The notes under the pieces are model-generated. The model did no database searches, had not been told where the DNA came from, and was given only the letters and a program-made list of their open reading frames with translations. DNA of 64,000 bases from an uncultured Gammaproteobacteria bacterium (GTDB lineage: Bacteria; Pseudomonadota; Gammaproteobacteria; GCA-001735895), in the NCBI GenBank assembly GCA_947259485.1, contig CAMYLU010000001.1, positions 38,897 through 102,896 of the forward strand. Direction: 5' to 3'. Below, in pieces: positions 41,617 through 50,453 of the stretch (its first letter is position 1; each line of letters opens with the position of its first letter). A program made the position numbers and the translations under genes.

Positions 41617-42185
41617 GCGGGCTAAATGAGAATTCCAAATTGGAGATAAGGGAATCTACAGAATCGGATCGCAGCGCAATTGATGCGATACACATGAATG
41701 CGTTTGGACAGCCGGAAGGTCAAGAAATCGTGAATCTCGTCAATGACTTGTTAAAAGATGAAACGGCAAAACCTTTGCTTTCACTGGTGGCAGAGAAAGA
41801 CGGAAAGTTAGTAGGCCATATACTTTTCACAAAGGCACGACTACAACCTGGAAATGAAGAAACCATAATTCGAATTCTCGCACCACTGGCGGTTTCAAGC
41901 GAAAATCAAGGGGAAGGTATCGGCGGAGACTTGATTAAGGAAGGTCTGAAACAGTTAGCAGAATCAGGTGTGGACCTGGTTTTCGTACTGGGCCATCCTC
42001 ACTATTATCCGAGATTCGGGTTCCAGACTGCAGGTCTTTTAGGGTTTGAAGCTCCGCATACAATTCCGTCGGAGCAGGCAGACGCCTGGATGGTTCATGC
42101 ATTGAAGACAGGGGGTCTTGCTGGTGAAAAAGGGAGGATTCAATGCTCAAAGATATTAGACCAACCCCAATATTGGCGGGAGTAG
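41607..42185 (+). CDS. GNAT acetyltransferase (YhbS-like); start uncertain
   Basis: LAPLAV..QGEGIG, VLGHPHYYPRFGF. Confidence 0.88.
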   Translation: MGVSGLNENSKLEIRESTESDRSAIDAIHMNAFGQPEGQEIVNLVNDLLKDETAKPLLSLVAEKDGKLVGHILFTKARLQPGNEETIIRILAPLAVSSENQGEGIGGDLIKEGLKQLAESGVDLVFVLGHPHYYPRFGFQTAGLLGFEAPHTIPSEQADAWMVHALKTGGLAGEKGRIQCSKILDQPQYWRE

Positions 42186-42186
42186 A

Positions 42187-42229
42187 GCCCGCTATGCTCG
42201 AACCTTGCCACTGATGCGAAACGCCAGGC
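42187..42229 (+). repeat. attC right-half remnant
   Basis: CCCGCTATGC...TTGCCACTGATGCGAAAC GCCAGGC. Confidence 0.65.
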
Positions 42230-42675
42230 GACTTCACCTATATACGAGGAGAGGTTTATCGATTGTAGCGATCCTTTTTTTGGCATTCTACGCATGGAAT
42301 GATCGAGAACCAAAGGATCACAATGGAGCTCCAGGCTCGTCCGGGGACTCTATCCTGGAAGAAGCTTTCGAACAGCGCCAGAGCGATCTTCAGGTACAAG
42401 GAAGTGGTGAGATCGTGAAGCTCTTAGCTGACGATAACGACGGTTCCCGCCATCAACGATTTATCCTGCGGTTGACCTCTGGTCGGACATTGCTGGTTGC
42501 TCACAACATTGACCTGGCACCCAGGATTGCATCCCTGAATACAGGCGATTTTGTGGAGTTCTACGGAGAGTATGAGTGGAACCAAAAGGGTGGTGTCATT
42601 CATTGGACGCACCATGACCCTCAAGGCAGGCATGTATCGGGTTGGTTGAAACACAATGGAAAGATTTACCAGTGA
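42205..42675 (+). CDS. DUF3465 family protein (start uncertain, possibly 5'-eroded)
   Basis: DDNDGSRHQRFI, AHNIDLAPRI, IHWTHHDP. Confidence 0.8.
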   Translation: MPLMRNARRLHLYTRRGLSIVAILFLAFYAWNDREPKDHNGAPGSSGDSILEEAFEQRQSDLQVQGSGEIVKLLADDNDGSRHQRFILRLTSGRTLLVAHNIDLAPRIASLNTGDFVEFYGEYEWNQKGGVIHWTHHDPQGRHVSGWLKHNGKIYQ

Positions 42676-42691
42676 ATCCGCTCAAGCGGTC

Positions 42692-42715
42692 ATCTAACCA
42701 GGCGATGTAGCAGAT
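42692..42715 (+). repeat. attC left-half remnant
   Basis: ATCTAAC CAGGCGATGTAGCAG just after the stop codon. Confidence 0.45.
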
Positions 42716-42839
42716 TGACCTGCTAATATCTATCTTTAGATCAAAGACCAATTAAAAATTACCGCTTTTTTGGAATTGGTGTGGATGGCAACCCCTTTAC
42801 AACTGATGATGTTTATCCTACATCTTCCGCTTTATCGAG

Positions 42840-42968
42840 ATGAACTTGTTAACCCCGAACCTGGTCAATGTTGTATTATTGGTTATGCTGGTTGGCTTTC
42901 TGATCGGCCTGATTCCAGGCATACGAATATATCGTTATTCACTGATAGACGGCATGACCATTCGAATT
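42840..42968 (+). pseudogene. 3' remnant of an FtsX-type ABC permease
   Basis: LIGLIPGIRIYRYSLIDGMTIRI resembles permease C-termini that precede DUF3299 genes. Confidence 0.55.
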
Positions 42969-42992
42969 TCAAACCCCGTGAGAAGCGTAAAA

Positions 42993-43661
42993 ATGACGAA
43001 AAACGGATACCTGGCCGCGATTGCGGTTATCACGAGCCTGCTGCTCAGTACCGTTAGTACCGCAGGCGAGCCCCGGGAAATTACCTGGGACGACCTGGTG
43101 CCCGCCGAGGCACAGTTCGATGACGCATTCACCAGGCTAGATGAAGACACGCTCTTCGAACTTAGCATGGTTGCCGGAGTTCGGGATCGACTCGACGCGG
43201 GGATGGAAATCGATGAAAAAACACTCGCCGGCCATCATAAACGCACCAGGGAGCTGGTTGACGATGGTGTCGATGTCGATGGGCTGATTGCAATGCGAGA
43301 CGAAATCGCCCAGCAGCGCATCGCCAAGACCCGCCTCGCCAACGAGGCCCTGGATGGCAAACCGGTTCGGATTCCAGGCTATCTGTTGCCGCTAGAATTC
43401 GACGGCGACAAAGTCACCGAATTCCTGTTGGTGCCCTACGTTGGCGCTTGTATCCATACTCCGCCGCCGCCACCCAATCAGATCGTTCACGTCAAGAACG
43501 ATGAGGCATACACAATCGAAGGCGGACTGTATACGCCGGTGTGGGTTAACGGGCTGATGAAAACCGAACAGAGTCAGTCCAATCTGGAATTTATCGACGG
43601 TTCTTCAGATATCCCCAGCGCCTACACGCTCGATGCGGAATCCGTTGAGCCATACGAGTAA
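42993..43661 (+). CDS. DUF3299 family protein
   Basis: Signal peptide, ITWDDL, IPGY, EFLLVPYVGACIHTPPPPPNQ. Confidence 0.88.
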   Translation: MTKNGYLAAIAVITSLLLSTVSTAGEPREITWDDLVPAEAQFDDAFTRLDEDTLFELSMVAGVRDRLDAGMEIDEKTLAGHHKRTRELVDDGVDVDGLIAMRDEIAQQRIAKTRLANEALDGKPVRIPGYLLPLEFDGDKVTEFLLVPYVGACIHTPPPPPNQIVHVKNDEAYTIEGGLYTPVWVNGLMKTEQSQSNLEFIDGSSDIPSAYTLDAESVEPYE

Positions 43662-43815
43662 ACGGCGTCTCCCTGCAATCTTCCTGTTTACACGGGGACA
43701 ACTTAGTCCTTGATTTGCAACTGTCCATTGCGAGTCGGTTATCGCGGTTCAGGGCAGATTCACGAGGGTACTCTGCTCGTAGCTTGTAGTCCCCCGCAAC
43801 AAATAGCAAAATATC

Positions 43816-43878
43816 GCTTTACAAGCTGCATGCAGTCGGACCTGGCCTACGGCCAGGCCGTGGATGTAAACGTTAGCC
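43816..43878 (+). repeat. attC site (R'' degenerate)
   Basis: GCTTTAC AAGCTGCATGCAGTCGGACCTGGCCTACGGCCAGGCCG...GTTAGCC. Confidence 0.8.
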
Positions 43879-43896
43879 GTACAAATTGATGTGTAA

Positions 43897-44670
43897 TTGT
43901 CCGTGACCTCAAAAAGAAAAGACCAAATTTGCACATTACTCAAAGGCATTGAAACTGGTGATGAGGCATCGGTCGCCGTGGTTAATCCTGACAGGTATAT
44001 CCAGCATAATCCTCAGACTCACGAAGGAGGAGAAGGCCTGTCGGCACTGTTCAAAAGACTCTCCAAGAGCTCGCCCCGCGTTAATATCGTGCGCATCTTC
44101 TCGGATGGCGACTATGTATTTGCCCACACTGAATACGACTTTGACACTTCAAGGGTGGGCTTTGAAATCTTCCGCTTCGAGGGTGACCTGACCGTTGAGC
44201 ATTGGGACAATATCCAGCCGAGGGAAGGACCCAACCCCTCCGGTCATTCGATGGTTGATGGGCCAACCGAAGTAACCGATCTCGATAGAACCGAACCCAA
44301 TCGGGAAATCGTGCGCTCCCTTGTCGAAGACGTCCTTATCAATGGCCAACTCGACAAACTGGAACATTACATTGACGACAAATCCTATTGCGAACATAAC
44401 CCGCGTATCGGAGATGGTCTGTCGGCGCTACGCTCGGCGTTATCTGATCCAATGTCTAACGGCGGCATCACTATAAAATACGACACAATGCATCGTATTC
44501 TGGCAGAGGGGAATTTTGTGCTTACTGTCAGTGAAGGTTCTGTAAACGGCGTGAACTCCTCGTTCTTTGACCTTTTCCGGGTTGTCCATGGCAAACTTGT
44601 AGAACACTGGGATACGACCGAGGCGGTCCCCCCGCGCAGCGAATGGAAGAACGATAACGGCAAATTCTAA
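43897..44670 (+). CDS. Tandem SnoaL/NTF2-like protein (cassette)
   Basis: Two Y..HNP...EHWD modules. Confidence 0.85.
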   Translation: MSVTSKRKDQICTLLKGIETGDEASVAVVNPDRYIQHNPQTHEGGEGLSALFKRLSKSSPRVNIVRIFSDGDYVFAHTEYDFDTSRVGFEIFRFEGDLTVEHWDNIQPREGPNPSGHSMVDGPTEVTDLDRTEPNREIVRSLVEDVLINGQLDKLEHYIDDKSYCEHNPRIGDGLSALRSALSDPMSNGGITIKYDTMHRILAEGNFVLTVSEGSVNGVNSSFFDLFRVVHGKLVEHWDTTEAVPPRSEWKNDNGKF

Positions 44671-44734
44671 AGCTGAACTGAATCATTGGTATAATCTTCG
44701 CAGAAGATTCGAATGAACACAGGAGCATACAAAG

Positions 44735-45097
44735 ATGATCAAGTTTGTTATGTGTATAACACGGCACCCGGACATGTCTCGCGAAGAATTCATGGATTAC
44801 TGGATGAATAAACATGGCCCATTCTTCATGCAAAACGCTGCTGCCATGAGGGCCAAAAAATATGTGCAATCCCAAACGATAGACACCCCTTTGAACGAAG
44901 GGCTGAGGAGTTCGCGGGGAATGCAGCCTGAATATGATGGCGTCGCCGAGGTGTGGTTTGAATCGGAGGAAGAGCTGATGGCAGGAATGAGCTCACCGGA
45001 AGGCCAGAAGTTAGGTGCCGCGCTGCTGGAAGATGAGGGAAATTTTATCGATCACTCAAAATCTTCGGCATTCATTGTCAAGGAGCATGAACTATAA
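44735..45097 (+). CDS. EthD domain protein (second gene of the cassette)
   Basis: MSREEF..YW..HG, YDGVAEVWF, DEGNFID. Confidence 0.85.
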   Translation: MIKFVMCITRHPDMSREEFMDYWMNKHGPFFMQNAAAMRAKKYVQSQTIDTPLNEGLRSSRGMQPEYDGVAEVWFESEEELMAGMSSPEGQKLGAALLEDEGNFIDHSKSSAFIVKEHEL

Positions 45098-45099
45098 GC

Positions 45100-45171
45100 A
45101 GTTAACGAGCGCATGCGGTCGGGTAAAGTGTCCGCTACGGCTTTGAGGGCCTCTGCTGCGAGGCGTTAGGA
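45100..45171 (+). repeat. attC site (degenerate)
   Basis: AGTTAAC GAGCGCATGCGGTCGG...GCTACG...CTGCTGCGAGGC GTTAGGA. Confidence 0.8.
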
Positions 45172-45202
45172 GTTTGATCAACACGAAGGCGGTATCAAAA
45201 GC

Positions 45203-45532
45203 ATGGGGACTGTAACAAATATCACACAGGTCAAATTTTCCGTTGGCGAGCTGGTGCATCATCGCCTTTTTGACTATCGTGGAGTCATTGTAGATGTCGA
45301 TCGGGATTTCCAGGCAACGGATGAATGGTACGAAGCAGTCGCTAAATCTCGACCTCCGAAAAATAAGCCCTGGTACCATGTATTAGTCCATGGCAGCGAT
45401 CACTCTACGTATGTTGCTGAACAGAATTTAGAGCCAGATGATATTCTGGAACCTGTCAATCACCCCATGGTGGAACACTTCTTTACCGAGTTTAATGACG
45501 GGAGGTATGTGCGTGTCGACCGGGACAACTAG
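45203..45532 (+). CDS. hspQ: Heat shock protein HspQ (cassette)
   Basis: KFSVG.LVHHRLFDYRGVIVDVD, PWYHVL, TYVAEQNL. Confidence 0.85.
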   Translation: MGTVTNITQVKFSVGELVHHRLFDYRGVIVDVDRDFQATDEWYEAVAKSRPPKNKPWYHVLVHGSDHSTYVAEQNLEPDDILEPVNHPMVEHFFTEFNDGRYVRVDRDN

Positions 45533-45541
45533 CCAGGAATC

Positions 45542-45614
45542 TCCTGGCAAGTGCTTGCAGGCTGACAAAGTGCCTGCTATTCGCCCACTTTGTTGCTGAA
45601 GGGAAGCGTTAGAG
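45542..45614 (+). repeat. attC site (R'' AAC->GGC)
   Basis: TCCTGGC AAGTGCTTGCAGGCTGACAAAGTG...CACTTTGTTGCTGAAGGGAAGC GTTAGAG. Confidence 0.75.
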
Positions 45615-45620
45615 AGCACT

Positions 45621-46199
45621 GTGAGCTGTCTGGTACTTGATGCAATGGGCGTGATATTTAGTTCGGCTGATGATGTTGCTGAATTACTTATCCCTTTTGT
45701 CGCCGACAAGTCCGGGAGTCTTGATGAGCAGGTCATTCAGTCAGCATACTTAGCGGCAAGTCTCGGGAATATCAGCCCCGATGAATTTTGGGACCAGGTT
45801 AATGTTGTAGCAGAACTGGAAGACGCCTATCTTTCTCGCCACTCCTTAACCGCCGGCATCCTGGAACTCCTGTCACATGCCAGGGCCAATGGCATATCAG
45901 TCTGGTGTTTATCGAATGATGTTGGTCGATGGTCTAACAAACTTCGAAATAATCTTGGAATCGAAGAGTATTTAGAAGGATCAACTATCAGTGGTGATGT
46001 AGGTGTGCGAAAGCCTGACAAAGAGATCTATGAAATTATGATTCAATCCTGTGGCTACAAGATTGAGGATATATTGTTTGTTGATGATCGAGAAAAAAAT
46101 GTGTCAGCAGCTAGAGAATTAGGAATCGATACGGTCCTGTTCAGACCGGAGAAAGAGTTTACCGATGTAAAAAACTGGATATCACGACGTGCGCCCTAA
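45621..46199 (+). CDS. HAD-family hydrolase (cassette)
   Basis: LDAMGV, LSN, RKPD, FVDD; stop overlaps R''. Confidence 0.85.
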   Translation: MSCLVLDAMGVIFSSADDVAELLIPFVADKSGSLDEQVIQSAYLAASLGNISPDEFWDQVNVVAELEDAYLSRHSLTAGILELLSHARANGISVWCLSNDVGRWSNKLRNNLGIEEYLEGSTISGDVGVRKPDKEIYEIMIQSCGYKIEDILFVDDREKNVSAARELGIDTVLFRPEKEFTDVKNWISRRAP

Positions 46200-46265
46200 C
46201 CGGCGGTCACAGTCGAATAATCCACTAGCTGCGCGAGTAGCTTGCCGCCGAACCGGGCGTCCGTC
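46194..46265 (+). repeat. attC site (R' mutated)
   Basis: CCCTAAC CGGCGGTCACAGTCG...GCCGCCGAACCGGGC GTCC. Confidence 0.65.
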
Positions 46266-46320
46266 GTGATTTCTTACCGCCGGGGAGTTGCGAAAAATCG
46301 CCGGGCAAACTAAAAAAATC

Positions 46321-46381
46321 ACCTTACATGTGCATGCAGTCGAGCCCAGCAGAGCTGCATTACTGATGCGTAGCGTTGGAA
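46321..46381 (+). repeat. attC site (degenerate)
   Basis: ACCTTAC ATGTGCATGCAGTCG...ACTGATGCGTAGC GTTGGAA. Confidence 0.72.
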
Positions 46382-46407
46382 GCACCTGGCTTGGTAGGGG
46401 AGACTAG

Positions 46408-47226
46408 ATGTTAAAGAAAACATTCAAACAGCTCGAACAGTCGGGCTGGCGAGATAAAGCAGCCGCTTATGATGATATCTTCGCCCTGATTACCCGGCAG
46501 GCAATTAGTCCACTACTCGACAGCTTTGGCGATTTAACAGGAAAGCGCCTTTTGGATGTGGCCTGTGGAACTGGCCATTTAGCTGCTGAGGCCACGCAGA
46601 GAGGTGCCCATGCCGAAGGCACTGATTTTGCAGATACAATGCTTGCGAAGGCTTCCGCCAATTATCCTGGTATTGCGTTTTATGAGGGTGATGCCGAAAA
46701 CCTTTTTTACGAAAATACACTCTTTGATGTCATCGCATGCAATTTCGGCCTTTTACACTTTGAAAACGCGGACGCAGCTATCTCGGAAATGCATCGCGTA
46801 CTACGAAGTGGAGGGCAATTTGCATTTACCGCCTGGTGTAGTCCTGATCAAGGCTGCGATTTCATGCGACTAGTGTGGTCAGCAGTTCAGGCTCACGGTA
46901 ATCCTGATGTGGATCTTCCGCCTGCGCCACCGATGTTTCGTTTTGCAGACTCTGCAGAATGTAAAAGCGCCGTACAAGCGGCCGGTTTCTCAGATCCAGA
47001 TGTTTCGAGATTGGAGCTGGTCTGGACTGCGAATCATGCTGATGAAATCATCGAACTTATTTACAAAAGTGTCGTTCGTGCACCCATGGTGCTGGAAGCA
47101 CAGACACCCGAGGCTCGTGAACGCATTCACGAGGCGATTATTACAGGAGCGGAAGAATTCCGCTCGGGAAGTAAGATCGAGATGGCCTTTCCAGCCATGA
47201 TGACCATTGCAACCAAGCCGAGGTGA
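46408..47226 (+). CDS. Class I SAM methyltransferase (cassette)
   Basis: LLDVACGTG, NFGLLHF, RVLRSGG. Confidence 0.9.
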   Translation: MLKKTFKQLEQSGWRDKAAAYDDIFALITRQAISPLLDSFGDLTGKRLLDVACGTGHLAAEATQRGAHAEGTDFADTMLAKASANYPGIAFYEGDAENLFYENTLFDVIACNFGLLHFENADAAISEMHRVLRSGGQFAFTAWCSPDQGCDFMRLVWSAVQAHGNPDVDLPPAPPMFRFADSAECKSAVQAAGFSDPDVSRLELVWTANHADEIIELIYKSVVRAPMVLEAQTPEARERIHEAIITGAEEFRSGSKIEMAFPAMMTIATKPR

Positions 47227-47245
47227 AGGTGTATTTTGGGCTGAC

Positions 47246-47305
47246 CTCTAACACAGTGCTACAGTCGGGCCAGCCTGCGGTTGGCCACTGAACACAGCAT
47301 TTTGT
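47246..47305 (+). repeat. attC site (R' degenerate)
   Basis: CTCTAAC ACAGTGCTACAGTCGGGCCAGCC-TGC-GGTTGGCCACTGAACAC. Confidence 0.7.
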
Positions 47306-47318
47306 ACAGGAAAGAATC

Positions 47319-47816
47319 ATGGAACACGTATTCTGGTTGAGAAAAGGAAAAATCGCTGGTCGCTCGGGACCAAATACCGTCATGTGGGATCTAAGCCAAA
47401 TTAAGGCTAATGGAATTACTGCAATTCTTTCGGTAAATAATGGGGACGCAGTTCATGAAACGATGCTTTCAAACCTGGGTATAACCTATTCAAGCATACC
47501 GATGTCTTCGAATGCGCCGGCCAGGGAAGGAGATAAAGGACATTGTTTACAAAACCTGCCAAAAGCGATGGACTTTATCCGCAGAAACATTATGAATGGC
47601 CCGGTATTGATTCATTGCCGTTCCGGAAAGGACAGAACAGGTATGGTTATGGCTGCCTACTTAATCGAGTTTGAAGGATACGACGTGGGCAAATCCATGA
47701 AAGAAGTGATGGCAGTTCGGCCGATCGCATTTAGCGCGGAAGGCTGGAAGGAATTTGGCCTGGATGTCCTCAACGACTATAAAGCACTGACCCAGGGGAG
47801 TAGCAATGAACATTGA
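47319..47816 (+). CDS. Dual-specificity/tyrosine phosphatase family protein
   Basis: HCRSGKDRTG CX5R motif. Confidence 0.88.
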   Translation: MEHVFWLRKGKIAGRSGPNTVMWDLSQIKANGITAILSVNNGDAVHETMLSNLGITYSSIPMSSNAPAREGDKGHCLQNLPKAMDFIRRNIMNGPVLIHCRSGKDRTGMVMAAYLIEFEGYDVGKSMKEVMAVRPIAFSAEGWKEFGLDVLNDYKALTQGSSNEH

Positions 47817-47822
47817 CCGGGG

Positions 47823-48323
47823 ATGTCAGATATAAATATCCGCATCGTAAACGAACAAGACCTGGATCGATGTTACGAAATTGAATCTGTTTCGTACTCG
47901 GGTGATGAGGCCGCAACCAAGGATAAGATTTTAAAGCGAATTAAGACCTACCCGGAAGGTTTCATTGTTTTAGAAAATAATCGGGAGGTTATTGGTTTTA
48001 TTAACTCCGGAGCCACTCAAAAGGTTGAACTATCGGACGAAGCGTTTAAAGAGCTAGTCGGCCACGATCCTGAAGGTCAACATATAGTCATTCTTTCAGT
48101 TGTTGTTCATCCGGATTTCCAGGGAAAGGGCATGGCCGGTAAACTTATAAATAGCTTCATAGACAAGATGAGAGCGCTTGGCAAAACTGACATCTTCCTG
48201 ATCTGTCAACCAGAGCTAATCGGCATGTATGCAAAATACGGTTTTGTTAACCTGGGAAAGTCGGATTCGGACCACGGCGGAATGAGCTGGAATGAAATGT
48301 CATTGTGTTTACAGGACAAATAG
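47823..48323 (+). CDS. GNAT acetyltransferase
   Basis: SVVVHPDFQGKGMA, YAKYGF. Confidence 0.88.
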   Translation: MSDINIRIVNEQDLDRCYEIESVSYSGDEAATKDKILKRIKTYPEGFIVLENNREVIGFINSGATQKVELSDEAFKELVGHDPEGQHIVILSVVVHPDFQGKGMAGKLINSFIDKMRALGKTDIFLICQPELIGMYAKYGFVNLGKSDSDHGGMSWNEMSLCLQDK

Positions 48324-48378
48324 CAAGCACATGCAGTCAGATTAAACTAAGGTTGACCGTCTGATGTGAGCGTTATTT
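48318..48378 (+). repeat. attC site (degenerate)
   Basis: AAATAGC AAGCACATGCAGTCAG...CTGATGTGAGC GTTATTT. Confidence 0.75.
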
Positions 48379-48395
48379 AGCAATTGGAGATACGA

Positions 48396-48665
48396 GTGGA
48401 CAAGGCAATAGTAGGGGTTTTGGCAGTATTCGGTATCTTGCACCTGTTGCTGATAGTCGTGCCAATCAGCTCTACTCTGCGAGCATCTATTTCCGTTAAA
48501 AGTAAAATATTTTGGTGTGCATTCCTCGTGCTCCTTCCATTTATTGGGGTGGCATATTTCCATTTTCGATTCAGGTCAAGCCTGTTTATGGGAAAACCTT
48601 ATCAACCGAGTCCGCATGACTTAGGAGTGAGAAACCCGCCTGATTCACGAAAGGATAGAGATTGA
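48396..48665 (+). CDS. Small two-TM membrane protein (PLDc-N-like)
   Basis: KIFW...LLPFIG..YF; RBS GGAG then GTG. Confidence 0.6.
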   Translation: MDKAIVGVLAVFGILHLLLIVVPISSTLRASISVKSKIFWCAFLVLLPFIGVAYFHFRFRSSLFMGKPYQPSPHDLGVRNPPDSRKDRD

Positions 48666-48675
48666 TCTGGACGGC

Positions 48676-48748
48676 ATATAACAAGTGCATCCCGTCGGAC
48701 AATGTGCCTACTGAGTGCGCATTTTACCGCTGATGCGAAACGTTAGAC
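48676..48748 (+). repeat. attC site
   Basis: ATATAAC AAGTGCATCCCGTCGGAC...CCGCTGATGCGAAAC GTTAGAC. Confidence 0.85.
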
Positions 48749-48758
48749 AGTTAGTAAA

Positions 48759-49310
48759 ATGTTTGCAAAATTAAGTTACCAATCTTTTGTTGTGGTTATT
48801 ACAGCCTTCTTGATGAACCTGCTGGCTGCATCAATCACGAATGCTACAAACGAAACTAAACCATCACTCTTAGACTGCACCCGGGAGAACCCAGGCTCGC
48901 CCCTGCATGAATTTCGAATGATTGCCGACTTGAACGCCGATGGCGAACCTGATTACCTTTTAGCCAGGCCACCGTGCGGAAACGCAGGCTGCCATTTCGC
49001 AGTATTTCTTTCTGTGGATGGAAAGTATCGCCAGACCGACTTTGTATTCTTTCACCCAAAGGCTGTTCGGCTTCAGACTGCGGAGAAGGAACCCGCGATA
49101 CTCCAAACTTACTCACGCAAGAATTCAACTGAAGGAATACTGGTCACTTACCAGATCTCGAATGCAGGCGTTATAGAAAAAGCCACCGAGCCAATGAAAC
49201 CTGCGGGCAGGGATCGTGACAGATACGACGAACTTTTTAAATCTGGAAATTCCCCATTGGTCGAACGAGGAACTTGCCAGGGTCCGACCATTGCATGGGA
49301 ACCATACTAG
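48759..49310 (+). CDS. Secreted hypothetical protein (cassette)
   Basis: Signal peptide; DLNADGEPD Ca-binding-like loop; CGNAGC. Confidence 0.7.
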   Translation: MFAKLSYQSFVVVITAFLMNLLAASITNATNETKPSLLDCTRENPGSPLHEFRMIADLNADGEPDYLLARPPCGNAGCHFAVFLSVDGKYRQTDFVFFHPKAVRLQTAEKEPAILQTYSRKNSTEGILVTYQISNAGVIEKATEPMKPAGRDRDRYDELFKSGNSPLVERGTCQGPTIAWEPY

Positions 49311-49414
49311 ACCAACCAAACCATGTCAGCTCAAGCTGCCAGACATGGACTTGCAGCAAACCTGCATTAACTCAAAATCAATAAATACTGTAACTATTTT
49401 AGCGGAGACATAAC

Positions 49415-49735
49415 ATGATTCAGTCAACTACTCCCAGTATTCAGGGAAAGAACATCCTAAGCTACCACGGCGTAGTAACGGGAGAAGCTATTCTAGGCGC
49501 AAATATTTTCAAGGATTTTTTTGCGAGTATTCGCGACATTGTCGGTGGGCGATCAGCAGCCTACGAGCGGGAGCTAAACAAGGCAAGGACCATAGCGTTC
49601 GAAGAAATGTCGCAGCAGGCTGCTGAATTAGGGGCGAATGCAATTGTTGGAATAGACATTGATTATGAAACTGTCGGTGCCAAAGGTGGCATGCTGATGG
49701 TAAGCGTAAGTGGTACAGCAGTGACCCTTAGCTAA
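49415..49735 (+). CDS. YbjQ/UPF0145 heavy-metal-binding family protein
   Basis: [27 protein letters not shown]. Confidence 0.9.
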   Translation: MIQSTTPSIQGKNILSYHGVVTGEAILGANIFKDFFASIRDIVGGRSAAYERELNKARTIAFEEMSQQAAELGANAIVGIDIDYETVGAKGGMLMVSVSGTAVTLS

Positions 49736-49749
49736 TCCCGTAATGTTTC

Positions 49750-49808
49750 GTTTAACAAGCACATGCCACAGCACCCGACTAGAGCAGGCTGGGATATGAG
49801 CGGTAGAG
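49750..49808 (+). repeat. attC remnant
   Basis: GTTTAAC AAGCACATGC...GATATGAGC GGTAGAG. Confidence 0.55.
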
Positions 49809-49812
49809 GGTT

Positions 49813-50019
49813 ATGAAGCACCCTATTGTTGGATATCACAAGGATGAAGAGAACCACTGGGTTGCGGAGTTAGCATGTGGTCACAACCAACATGTCCGAA
49901 ACAGCCCACCGCTGATTAGTAGACCCTGGGTTGAATCAGAGTCGGGCCGGGAATCCATGTTAGGTTATAAACTGGATTGTAAGAAATGTGATGCGGATTT
50001 ACCCGTAAACAACAAATAG
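49813..50019 (+). CDS. DUF3565 family protein
   Basis: HWVAELACGHNQHVR, RPWV, CKKC. Confidence 0.82.
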   Translation: MKHPIVGYHKDEENHWVAELACGHNQHVRNSPPLISRPWVESESGRESMLGYKLDCKKCDADLPVNNK

Positions 50020-50035
50020 AAAAGGAGATTTGTAG

Positions 50036-50353
50036 ATGACTCAATACCTTATTGTTTATCTAGGTGGCGATCAGCCATCCAGCCCCGAGGAGGGCAAGCA
50101 ACATTTTTCGAAGTATATGGCATGGTTGTCCTCGTTGGGCGACTCGGCGGTTAGTCCCGCCAATCCGCTTAAGAATACGAGCACAGTAAACACCGATGGT
50201 ACTGTTACCGCCGGGGGCGCAACAACAATGTCCGGTTACACTATAATTAAGGCTGATTCTATGGAGGCGGCACTGACGATTGCAAAGGCTTGCCCCTTTC
50301 TGGATATTGGCGGTTCACTTGAGGTATCCGAGCTGGTTGAGATGCAAGTGTAA
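50036..50353 (+). CDS. YCII-related protein
   Basis: GYTII.ADSMEAA..IAKACP, SLEV. Confidence 0.8.
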   Translation: MTQYLIVYLGGDQPSSPEEGKQHFSKYMAWLSSLGDSAVSPANPLKNTSTVNTDGTVTAGGATTMSGYTIIKADSMEAALTIAKACPFLDIGGSLEVSELVEMQV

Positions 50354-50358
50354 AATTA

Positions 50359-50442
50359 AATACGATAACCGCATTAACCTGGGCCCCGGAAGGCACCACT
50401 TACGCTCTGTGTATTTGGTGTCCGGTGATGCGAATCTTCAGG
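50359..50442 (+). repeat. Probable attC remnant
   Basis: CGCATTAACC..CCGGA.GGCACCA...TGGTGTCCGGTGATGCG imperfect palindrome; cores degraded. Confidence 0.5.
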
Positions 50443-50453
50443 ATATAAACTTC

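Larger units (their letters stand above)
32955..50442 (+). mobile_element. Degenerate chromosomal integron (intI pseudogene plus cassette array with about 20 attC sites)
   Basis: intI divergent from many small co-oriented, more AT-rich ORFs separated by related RYYYAAC...GTTRRRY palindromes. Confidence 0.92.

Noticed and set aside
49310-49371. Possible attC after the secreted-protein gene
   Set aside because: Weak palindrome (CCATGTC/GACATGG) with no convincing R' or family motif.
34028-50442. Recurring repeats read as a CRISPR array
   Set aside because: Repeats are 55-85 bp imperfect palindromes separated by whole genes, with AAC/GTT cores and an adjacent intI; no cas genes.
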